Shown here piece by piece: positions 53,864 to 64,000 of a stretch of 64,000 nt of DNA (within the stretch, counting starts at the first letter, position 1; every line of letters begins with the position of its first letter). The translations under genes were made by a program, and so were the position numbers. This DNA is from Macrostomum lignano (Eukaryota). The notes under the pieces were generated by a model. It ran no database searches. It saw only the letters and a list, made by a program, of their open reading frames with translations, and had not been told where the DNA came from. The DNA lies in NCBI GenBank assembly GCA_002269645.1, contig NIVC01000108.1, positions 186,001 through 250,000 of the forward strand. The letters run 5' to 3'.

Positions 53864-54383
53864 AAATCTGAGTGACAAGACCAAAATCTGAGGGACAAGA
53901 CCAAAATCTGAGTGAAGAAGACCAAAATCTGAGTGACAAGACCAAAATCTGAGTGACAAGACCAAAATCTGAGTGACAAGACCAAAATCTGAGTGACAAG
54001 ACCAAAATCTGAGTGACAAGACCAAAATCTGAGTGACAAGACCAAAATCTGAGTGACAAGACCAAAATCTGAGTGACAAGACCAAAATCTGAGGGACAAG
54101 ACCAAAATCTGAGGCACAAGACCAAAATCTGAGTGAAAAAGACCAAAATCTGAGGCACAAGACCAAAATCTGAGTGACAAGACCAAAATCTGAGTGACAA
54201 GACCAAAATCTGAGTGACAAGACCAAAATCTGAGTGACAAGACCAAAATCTGAGTGACAAGACTATAATCTGAGTGACAAGACCAAAATCTGAGTGACAA
54301 TACCAAAATCTGAGTGACAAGACCAAAATCTGAGTGACAAGACCAAAATCTGAGTGACAAGACCAAAATCTGAGTGACAAGAC
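53864..54383. repeat. 20-bp minisatellite AAATCTGAGTGACAAGACCA, about 26 copies
   Basis: Direct reading. Confidence 0.97.
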
Positions 54384-54404
54384 TCAAACCCAGCAAGCCG
54401 CTTA

Positions 54405-54640
54405 CCTTGCTTGTCGCGCACAACTCCAAGATGCGGTCTCAGTTTTCTGCCTCGAACCGGGGCAGCCGAATATTCAGTCCCAGGCATCGCCCAGACCAAA
54501 TCCTGCGCCTCAGCCACTGGCCGCAGCGGCTCAGCCAATCACGTGACCGCGCCCCGATCTCCGCGGCAGGAATACCAGCCCGCAAACAATAAATTACTGC
54601 CGGCCAATTGGGCGGCCTGGCAATTATTGGCCAGAGAGGC
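54405..54640 (-). promoter_or_regulatory. Candidate promoter and first (5' UTR) exon of the neprilysin-like gene
   Basis: Strong minus-strand donor AAG|GTAAGC at about 54405. CAGCCAATCACGTGACC (CCAAT plus E-box) at about 54531-54547 and further CCAAT/ATTGG motifs up to about 54632. Matching acceptor CCCAG| at 52426/52427. Confidence 0.4.
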
Positions 54641-54814
54641 TTTTAGCATTTTCAATGGATCCAGCGGGCTGCACCACCCCCTGTTCCGGTGTAGCAACGT
54701 TATGGAACCTGCACTTTTGCTTTATGTCCCCAGCTTTGCTGACGGAAAAATGCTTTCACCTGCGGATGCCGGACCCCAACTAATTCTCGGAGCATTTGAA
54801 ATTTCACTGAGTGG

Positions 54815-55212
54815 GATTATTTAGTTCTGAGTGAGGATTGTTCAGGTCTGAGTGGGGATTCCTCAGCTCTGATTGGAGATTATTTAGTTCTGAGTGAGGA
54901 TTGTTCAGGTCTGAGTGGGGATTCCTCAGCTATGAGTGGGGACTGTTCAGTTCTGAGTGGGGACTGTTCAGCTCTGAGTGGGGACTGTTCAGGTATGATT
55001 GGGGATTGTTCAGCTCTGAGTAAGGATTTTTCAGCTCTGAGCGGGGATTGTTCAGCTCTGAGTGGGGATTGTTCAGCTCTGAGTGGGGATTGTTCAGCTC
55101 TGAGTGGGGATTGTTCAGCTCTGAGTGGGGACTGTTCAGCTCTGAGTGGGGATTGTTCAGCTCTGAGTGGGGATTGTTCAGCTCTGAGTGGGGATTTCTC
55201 ATCTCAGAGTGG
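54815..55212. repeat. 21-bp minisatellite TCTGAGTGGGGATTGTTCAGC
   Basis: Direct reading. Confidence 0.93.
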
Positions 55213-55570
55213 GGTTTTTAAATTTTAAAAGTCTGAATCTCGTGTGCTGCAGAAACAACAGAAGTCTCATTGTATTCATCAGAACTATAAGATTAATAAA
55301 CTTAAGCAGGTGTTACAAGACGGGGTCACCTTTCAGCATTGCTTTCAGATTCAATTAGCCCTCTGTCGCGTTTCTATAGGGAGGAATCTCAACTGCCTAC
55401 TCGTCAAAGTCAACCCAGCAACCCACGCACTCGCGCTGCTGCCTTCTGCCCCGATGAGACACCAGAGACTGGCTTGAGCTGGCTGTGGCTCAGCCGTGTG
55501 CAATCCGCAAGAATGCTGATCCTTTAATGCACCCGGCCCCCGCTCTGCGGCAGGGAGAGTAGGACAAGCG

Positions 55571-56140
<570 letters not shown>

Positions 56141-56459
56141 AACACACAAACAAAAAAGCGTGTTGTCAGGCACATCATTACTGTGTACATGTACGCTGGT
56201 ATACACAATGGCAACTGGTGCGAATCTTCAGAGGCTGAATGTATGGCCAATGCGGGCCAGGCAGGCAGGCCGCAGCCCGTATTGTCTACCCACCAGTCAG
56301 CGCAGCGCAGCTCCCATTGTCCATGGCGGCCGTCTTGCACGCACGCAGCACAATGGAATCGCCACGCGCCCACCCCATAGAGAGGCTTTCAATGAGAGTC
56401 CGGCTCTTTCGAAGCATCTTCGAAATTCTCCACTTGCTCAGTCCTTCGCAAGCAGTAGA

Positions 56460-58562
56460 ATGAGTCAGCTCGGTGCCCGGCCTCTGCTGCTGCTCAGCGG
56501 CCTGCTGGCGGCTCTGGCGGGTCCCGGCGACGCCCTGCTGGCGGCCATCTACAGGGGCGAGGAGGCCGGCACGGGGAGCCGCTTTTTAAGTGACCACGCG
56601 TTCTGCGTCAGGAGGAACAGAGTGGGTGAGTTTGGGACGGAGCAGTCAGGGATGAGCAGTCAGGGATGAGCAGTCAGGGATGAGCAGTCAGGGATGAGCA
56701 GTCAGGGATGAGCAGTCAGGGATGAGCAGTCAGGGATGAGCAGTCAGGGATGAGCAGTCAGGGATGAGCAGTCAGGGATGAGCAGTCAGGGATGAGCAGT
56801 CAGGGATGAGCAGTCAGGGATGAGCAGTCAGGGATGAGCAGTCAGGGATGAGCAGTCAGGGATGAGCAGTCAGGGATGAGCAGTCAGGGATGAGCAGTCA
56901 GGGATGAGCAGTCAGGGATGAGCAGTCAGGGATGAGCAGTCAGGGATGAGCAGTCAGGGATGAGCAGTCAGTCTAAATGCAAAGCCAGACTGAGAAGCAA
57001 GCAATTACCGTTGCTCGTACACTGCCTGAATCAGATTCACAGCAGAGCAACAGGGTCAAGCTGGGACAGGACTTTTATCAGATTAAGAACGTTTGCTCAG
57101 TGTCGGATTGCTTTCAATCAGAGGTCTCGAGAATTAAACTTGGAGGAGCTCCGCTAGTGAAAATCAGAATTGGACTGAATCCCAGTCATCAGGATCGCCT
57201 CTTCCACATGCCCCTTCCCCACAATCCTCTGGATCCCCTCTCCGACATGCCGCTTCCCCACAATCCTCTGGATTCCCTCTCCGACATGCCGCTTCCCCAC
57301 AATCCTCTGGATCCCCTCTCCGACATGCCGCTTTCTCACAATCCTCTGGATTCCCTCTCCGACATGCCGCTTCCCCACAATCCTCTTTATCCCCTCTCCG
57401 ACATGCCGCTAATCCCGCAGTCCCTGCCGTGATGCTGCAGTACGAAGACGGGTTTCATCAGGCGCAACATCAAGCGACCTTTTTTGAAGCGGCTTCAAAG
57501 CTTCGCGCCGTCATCCTGCCCGCCGAGGATGAGACTCTACTGCGGGACTTCGCCGAGGTTTTCAAAACTGCCGACCAGGCGAGCCGCCGGCGCGTGTTCA
57601 TCGGCGTCAGCCTGCGCCACTCCACCAAGCGCTTCACCGGCCAGCGCTTCCTCCGCATCCTGCAGCTGCTGGGCACCGCCTACTTGGACCTGCTGCTCGT
57701 CTCCGGCCGGCCGTGCGGCCACTCGCAGCGCGACCGGCTGGCCTGCGGGATGAACCGCCTGACGCCCGCCTTCCTGCGCAACTGGCGCACACTGCTGCGC
57801 CTGGCCAAGAAGCGCCGCATTCTCAACCTGGGCGTCCGCAACTACCCGCTGCCGGCGGTGGCGCAGCTGCACCGGATGTCCACTCCGGAGTGCCTCGACT
57901 TCCCCGGCCGGTCGGGCTGTCGCGCGCTGCTTCAGTTCGTTCGTCGGAAAGGCGAAAAGCCGACGGCGAAGGCTGCCAAGAAGAACAAGAAGATGCAGAA
58001 GAAAAAGACGCAGAAGAAGAAGACGCAGAAGAAGAAGACGCAGAAGAAGAAGACGCAGACGCAGACGAAGAAGCAGAAGCCGCGTAGAACTGGGAAGGGT
58101 CCGGTCAGCATGCACACCGCCTACTCCATGCGCCGCGCTGCCGGCAACGTCAACTTCCTGACTGTCATTCAGGCGGCGTTCAACCCGCATCACCGGCACC
58201 GGGTGCTGCGCCGTTGGTGCCACCAGCACTCGGTGGTTCTCCTGGCTGACGAAGCCCTTGGCGGGCCGCACGCACAGGAGCTGCTGACCGATGCCCGTCT
58301 GGTGCTGGCCGCTGCCGACGCCAGGCTGCCGATTCGAACCGCGATTTTGCACTGGGCACTGAAGAAACGAGTCGCCCTGGCCATCGCACCCGATGTGGCC
58401 CCCGAGTTTATCAGCGAAATGGGCGGTTTGGTGGGGGCTACGCAGCACTTAGCCGGAATCGATCGAATCGTCGAAAACGACATTGAAACGCGCTACTTCC
58501 TAGCATCGACAAGAGCTCGTACGCTGACGAAGGCCAGTCGTTGGGAGCACAACGAGCTTTAG
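56460..58562 (+). CDS. Aldo-keto-reductase-fold protein with a predicted signal peptide and a Lys-rich insertion, probably non-catalytic; 2 exons (56460-56625, 57421-58562), 435 aa
   Basis: Donor G|GTGAGT and acceptor CCCGCAG|TC, both phase 1. AKR landmarks SRRRVFIGVS (R..LFITTK), LQLLGTAYLDLLLV (L.RLG.DYLDLYLIH), WRTLLRLAKKRRILNLGVRNY (W.AME.LV..GK...IGVSNF), FNPHHRHRVLRRWC, ILHWALKKRV. Confidence 0.8.
56641..56968. repeat. 14-bp repeat GAGCAGTCAGGGAT, about 23 copies, in the AKR-like intron
   Basis: Direct reading. Confidence 0.97.
57204..57410. repeat. 39-bp repeat, about 5 copies, running into the AKR-like splice acceptor
   Basis: GACATGCCGCTTCCCCACAATCCTCTGGATTCCCTCTCC. Confidence 0.93.
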
Positions 58563-61175
58563 GAACTGTGGGCTACGCTATACTTTGATGACATTCTCGC
58601 CATGAAGAAACTCTTAGTCTTCGTTGCAAAAGCACATGTTGAAACAGCTTTCGTAGATTACCAGCGGGTTTCATTTACATCCTGTATGTACATGTGCATT
58701 CATTCGTGAACCTTTTGACAATTTGTGAGAAATTGCAAAATAAATGTGCCACAAAGCGTACTGAAAAGACTTGTGTTGCTACAAATTTTCAGTTGGTTTA
58801 ACTGTGCATATTTCTTTACTTACATTTTGGTTCAGCGCGGCGCTCTTACATGTGTGCCAATAGGTCATATGGAGACTCGATTCCTGCGATTCCTCGACTC
58901 CGATTATTAATTTGGGGCCTAATTGGAATCTCAGCTTGGGTCTGCTCGTACAATGGCTTTGATGGCCATCCCCAATTTAAGGCACTTTGAAGTATACATG
59001 TCCAACTAAAAAGTTAGGGTCGCTGTACACTCCTGTGCACGTGAGCTCGAGTGTGTGCCTAGCTTTAATTTAACTGCGTACGTATAATCCATTGCGATTG
59101 CATGTGCATGTACGTGCTTCGCTTGAGGGGGAGTCGGCGGAATAGGCAGTAATGCATCTCACTGGTTGTTTTAAAATGTCGCCTTAAAGGGTGCGCCAGA
59201 ATGTACATATGTACACAGCAGCTCCCATGCCTTCAACTAAAAAACCCATCGAGACTTATTGTACACTGAACCTGGAAGACTTTTACATTGCATGTATTTC
59301 GTCATACAATGGGTACGAAATTCAGCTCTGTGTTAATTCTAGGTAAATTCTAGTTACATTGACAAAAATCTCAGAAACTGAAATGTCCTGGTATGCTAGT
59401 ACTGTTTATAGTTTTATACAAACCTACGAGTTTTTAATGCAACCGTCAACAAGATACTATTGTTGCTCATGTCTTCCATTCTTATAAATTTCTTTTTTGT
59501 CTAATTTTACTTACTATTTTTACAAAGCGACTTTTAAAATTGAGCAGCGTACATGTGAAAATTACGCAGTTTATTTTACTGCTTAAAAAATTGTTCAAAT
59601 CTAACGCTATAACGAAAAAATATTTAAATGAAACAAAACCTTAATATAAAAAATTTTCTTTGTTTGTTCCACCCTCAGGAAGTCTGACTGTTTGCCTGTG
59701 CATGACTCGGACTGTATGCAACATTAATAGCCTTTCCATGCTAATGACAAGTTGACGTAAAGCCCTGCCCTAGGCCTGCTTAAACGAAGGTTAAACAAAT
59801 TGAGATTGAAATCATAATAGACCTAAATCTAAATTTTAATTTTTCTTTTCACTGTAAGAACGTTCGTTTCTGTTAAATTAACCACTAGGGCCTATGTCAA
59901 AATTCTGAGTTTTCTGTTAAGGCCCTCTTCATAAATGAGGCTAGGTCTAGGAGTAGGACTGACTAAAAACAAAGTTCTTAAAACAAAAATTTTCTTCAAA
60001 GGCTTATTTCAATGTGTTTAAAAAAAAACAGTTTTTAATGCATTGAAGCCCCTAACTATTGCTTATCAACATCCCCTTTAGGCAAATTGAAAAACAAAAA
60101 ATAAAGCCTCATATTCATGTAGATATCAGGCCTTTTAAGTTTTAGATTCTTTATCTAGTTATTATATTCAACATTTAATGGCTTTTTTCTTTCCTAATTA
60201 TTCTAAATTAATTATTATTATTAGATAATATAACACATTGTTTCTGTTGATAATCTTGAAAAAAATATATTGTACATTTTTTATTTTAATAAAAGTTCTC
60301 AGCCTAGTCTAGTTTTTGCTTAGAACCTTTTTAGAAGGTTTTTTGTAACAAACTTATAATGTAGGCCCCTAATAAATAAAACAGTTTAAAACTTAAATTA
60401 ACTAAATAGTAATTATATTCAATTTATTAATAAAGGAAATTTGTCTTACTTTTTAAACATTTAAGACATTGAAAATAATTTATAATTGGTTATTATTTAA
60501 AAAATAATTTTGGATTTTGGATTTTTATAGACCTTATAATAAGGCTTATTAAATTAAATGTTTTTTAGAATTCTAAAAATTCTTAAAAGTTAGTTTTTAT
60601 ATATTATATTATCTTCTATACATAGACATCTTTCTTAATTTATAACAATTTTTATTAATATATAAGTTTTATTTTAGTTTTTAAGTAATTTATAACAAAT
60701 GTTTTTTTGTTTATTACATTATTTTTAGGAATCATAAGTTAGAACTTTAAATAATATTTTTTAAAAAGCATTTTACAACATTATCTAACTAATTATCCTT
60801 GTTTTAAATAGTATTAAATATGTACTAGAAGAGTATATAAGTTATAATAATGGAAATTATAACTTTTATAGTAATTTTTTTGCTAAATATTCTACAGACA
60901 TTTATAGTAACATAGTTAAAATCATATGATTCAAGATAAATTTTTGGCAATAGAAACATACAATAGGCAAGTGCAAATTATATTGATATGGCAAAAATAA
61001 AATATATTTGAAATTGAATGAATGTGAAAAAATTCTCAATTTATTATTTCTAGATAATTTTGTTCCTAGTGTTTTTGTTTAAAATAGCTTTATTAATTGT
61101 AACACAAATTATATTTAAAAAAATTAAGTCAGAACAATTGTCAAATGTCCAACTCTTCATTGTGCATGCTCCGAG

Positions 61176-62369
61176 ATGGAGAAAGTGCCGATTGATGCCT
61201 CTGAGATCCTGATCCTGGCCTGTCCTCAGTGCCAGTTCATGACGCTGAAGGTGGCGTCTCTAGATGCCCACCTGAAGGAGCACAACTGCAGGATCCACGT
61301 GAAGCTGAACAAGTGCAAGCAGTGCGGCATGATCACCAACTCAGACAAGGTGATTGAGGAGCACTTGCAGATCTGGCACCCAAGCAAGGACGTGAAGGAA
61401 AACATTGCCATTGTGTTTGATGAGACTTACAACCAGGACAAGCCGGCTAGTGAGCCCAAGGCAGTGACGAATGCTGGTGGTGGTGGTGATGCTCAGAAGT
61501 CAGGAAAGTCGAGCATTGCTGGTCTGCCGCAGATCAATCTGCTGCAGCTGATGTACATGGCCCACGGACCTGTGGAGATCAACCTGCCTGGCAGTTACCA
61601 GCTGGACAGGACCAAGGACGGGGTGCACGCGTGCATCTCGTTCATGCCGAGCTTCTTGAACCGGACTGTCGGTGAGAACTTCATGGAGAGTCTGAAGCAG
61701 GATCTGTCGTGGAAGCAGCTGACTTTGACAACAAAGGACGGCAAGGAGCGTCAGGAGCCTCGCCTGACCTGCTATGTCGGTCCTGACTTTGAGTATTGTG
61801 GCAACAAGTTCGAGAACTGCAACGACTGGAACCCGAAGCTGAAGGATCTGAAGGAGATCGTAGAGAAGGCGGTTGGGCGGGAGTTCAACGCAGTGATTTG
61901 CTACATGTACCGCAACGGCAGGGACAGCCTTGGGTGGCACTGCGAGAAAGAGAAGCCGCTTGGTGAGCACCCGTACATTGCGGCTGTGAGTTTGGGCCAG
62001 GCCAGGTACTTGGAGTTCTCGAGAAAAGGGCGCGAGGATCGCTACGTGAGACTGCGCTCTGCTCACGGAGACCTGGTGGTCACGGAGGGCGCGATCGAGG
62101 ACCTGTACATCCACCGGATTCCCAAGGATCCGATGGCCCGTCGCACGAGCTACACGTTCTCATTCCGGTACATCAACCCGGTGAAGAAGGCGGAGGAGGT
62201 CCCGAAGGTCGCCGAGGCGCCGGCCAAGGCCGCCCCGGAGTCGTCGGAGAAGCTGGCCGAGGCTCCGAAGGCGGAGCCGGCTGCCACTGAGGAGACCTCC
62301 GCGACCCCGTCTGGCAAGAAGGGCAAGAGCCCCGGCCCGGTGGGCAGCGGCAAAGGCAAGAAGAAGTGA
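61176..62369 (+). CDS. Intronless fusion of two C2H2 zinc fingers and an ALKBH2/ALKBH3-type 2OG-Fe(II) oxygenase domain, with a Lys/Ala/Pro/Glu-rich tail, 397 aa
   Basis: CPQC-x12-HLKEH and CKQC-x12-HLQIWH. AlkB motifs QEPRLTCYVG, FNAVICYMYRNGRDSLGWHCE, IAAVSLG, HGDLVV, HRIPK, FSFR. GC3-rich codons. AATAAA at 62510. Confidence 0.92.
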   Translation: MEKVPIDASEILILACPQCQFMTLKVASLDAHLKEHNCRIHVKLNKCKQCGMITNSDKVIEEHLQIWHPSKDVKENIAIVFDETYNQDKPASEPKAVTNAGGGGDAQKSGKSSIAGLPQINLLQLMYMAHGPVEINLPGSYQLDRTKDGVHACISFMPSFLNRTVGENFMESLKQDLSWKQLTLTTKDGKERQEPRLTCYVGPDFEYCGNKFENCNDWNPKLKDLKEIVEKAVGREFNAVICYMYRNGRDSLGWHCEKEKPLGEHPYIAAVSLGQARYLEFSRKGREDRYVRLRSAHGDLVVTEGAIEDLYIHRIPKDPMARRTSYTFSFRYINPVKKAEEVPKVAEAPAKAAPESSEKLAEAPKAEPAATEETSATPSGKKGKSPGPVGSGKGKKK

Positions 62370-63258
62370 GCGGTGCCGGTCGGCCCTGCCGGATGCTGCG
62401 GACTGCTGAGCTGCCGGTGTGTTTTGTTAATTCGCTTGCTTGTTGTTTAAAGATAAGTTTTGACAGTCGAGCTAGTTGTTGAACAAAAGCATAAATCCTC
62501 AAAGTTATTAATAAAGTTTAAGCAATCTTCATTTTCTTTATACGCTTTTTTGTTAGCTCCATTTTCTGTTTTTCTATTGAATTACTTAGTAAGTTGGTTT
62601 GCGTCCTCTCATTGCCTTCAATATTACTAAGCAACAGGTCGCACGCTAGTCAAGAAGCAGGACTGTTCCTCCCTGGCCACCTTTATGAGTCGCTGCAACT
62701 ATCCATTCAATGTACTAAATTGTTTTTCCGTATTCAAAAATTCTCAGCTTTGTCGCTTTTTTATTTATCAATCGTAACTTTAAGGTTCGCTTTTGTTTGC
62801 TAGTGAGCTGGCCTGGTGGCTGACTCGGGTCTTGTTTTTTCTATGCAGGTCTGTTGCGCAATATTATCAATAAGAGACTAATAAATCAACCACAGCTGCA
62901 ATCAGCTTCCAGTACCCGTTTTGGGTCTGTTCTCTCTGCAATGTTTAGCTTGCTAAATTAAAGTACATTTGTGTGTAGTCGCGCGCTCCTACCCAGTCTC
63001 CGATCATTGCGATTGGGAGTTTTCTACTACTAAATAGTTTTTGTTCTAATAATATCCGCTGTAGCGGAGCCCGGCTCGTGTGAGACGCCGACCGCTTGGC
63101 GCCTCGCTAGGGCGCCATCGGTTTGCGCCTCAATTTATTAGCGTTGGCTCATTTTGGAATCGCTGTTTTGAAGCTGTTGGATCTTGCAATAAAATAGGAA
63201 ACAGTCCTGGTTTAAGCGCGTCGCATTTCTGTGTTGTTTATTTTGCGGTAGAACATGG

Positions 63259-63724
63259 TTCCATAAGCAGGACTCTGAAGTGTTATGCTGAGGCTGTAGC
63301 TAAGCAGGACCCTGAAGTGTTATGCAGAGGCTGTAGCTAAGCAGGACCCTGAAGTGTTATGCTGAGGCTGTAGCTAAGCAGGACCCTGAAGTGTTATGCA
63401 GAGGCTGTAGCTAAGCAGGACCCTGAAGTGTTATGCTGAGGCTGTAGCTAAGCAGGACCCTGAAGTGTTATGCTGAGGCTGTAGCTAAGCAGGACCCTGA
63501 AGTGTTATGCTGAGGCTGTAGCTAAGCAGGACCCTGAAGTGTTATGCTGAGGCTGTAGCTAAGCAGGACCCTGAAGTGTTATGCTGAGGCTGTAGCTAAG
63601 CAGGACCCTGAAGTGTTATGCTGAGGCTGTAGCTAAGCAGGACCCTGAAGTGTTATGCTGAGGCTGTAGCTAAGCAGGACCCTGAAGTGTTATGCTGAGG
63701 CTGTAGCTAAGCAGGACCCTGAAG
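63259..63724. repeat. 37-bp minisatellite GTGTTATGCTGAGGCTGTAGCTAAGCAGGACCCTGAA, about 12 copies
   Basis: Direct reading. Confidence 0.96.
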
Positions 63725-63817
63725 TTTAATAAAGTTTCTATGTCACAATGGCACAGGCTTTCGCATAACAACGCAGTAAGGTTATTTGCTTCATCCAATT
63801 ACAGATTCGACGTAAAG

Positions 63818-64000
63818 ATGGAGAAAGTCCCGATTGATGCCTCTGAGATCCTGATCCTGGCCTGTCCTCAGTGCCAGTTCATGACGCTGAAGGTGGCGTC
63901 TCTAGATGGCCACCTGAAGGAGCACAACTGCAGGATCCACGTGAAGCTGAACAAGTGCAAGCAGTGCGGCATGATCACCAACTCAGACAAGGTGATTGAG
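63818..64000 (+). CDS. Second tandem copy of the zinc finger-AlkB gene, truncated by the window end
   Basis: First 61 codons match 61176-61358 except GTG>GTC (silent) and GCC>GGC (Ala>Gly). Confidence 0.9.
   Translation, partial: MEKVPIDASEILILACPQCQFMTLKVASLDGHLKEHNCRIHVKLNKCKQCGMITNSDKVIE

Overview
Eukaryotic (animal) genomic DNA, not prokaryotic: GC3-rich exons, GT-AG introns and about 40 tandem-repeat arrays. The style resembles the flatworm Macrostomum lignano, which is an inference from composition only. By manual splicing I reconstruct 10 protein-coding loci: the 3' part of an ankyrin-repeat gene ending in a CaaX box (+), an intronless NHL-repeat gene (+), a 17-exon copine (-), a 3-exon divergent TRPC-like channel (-), a 2-exon 133-aa Cys-rich type I membrane protein (+), a complete 7-exon Na+/K+-ATPase alpha subunit (-), a shortened neprilysin-like protein (-), an aldo-keto-reductase-fold protein with a signal peptide (+), and a 2x C2H2 zinc finger-AlkB fusion (+) with a second tandem copy cut by the window end. 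The last three protein types show lost or altered catalytic motifs. There is also a Tc1/mariner-type foldback MITE. Most long ORFs in the supplied track are translations of minisatellites. Almost every large intron is filled by its own minisatellite, and several repeat units recur at distant loci. Repeat edges are approximate (about +/-10 bp). All motif comparisons are from memory of the families, not from database searches.
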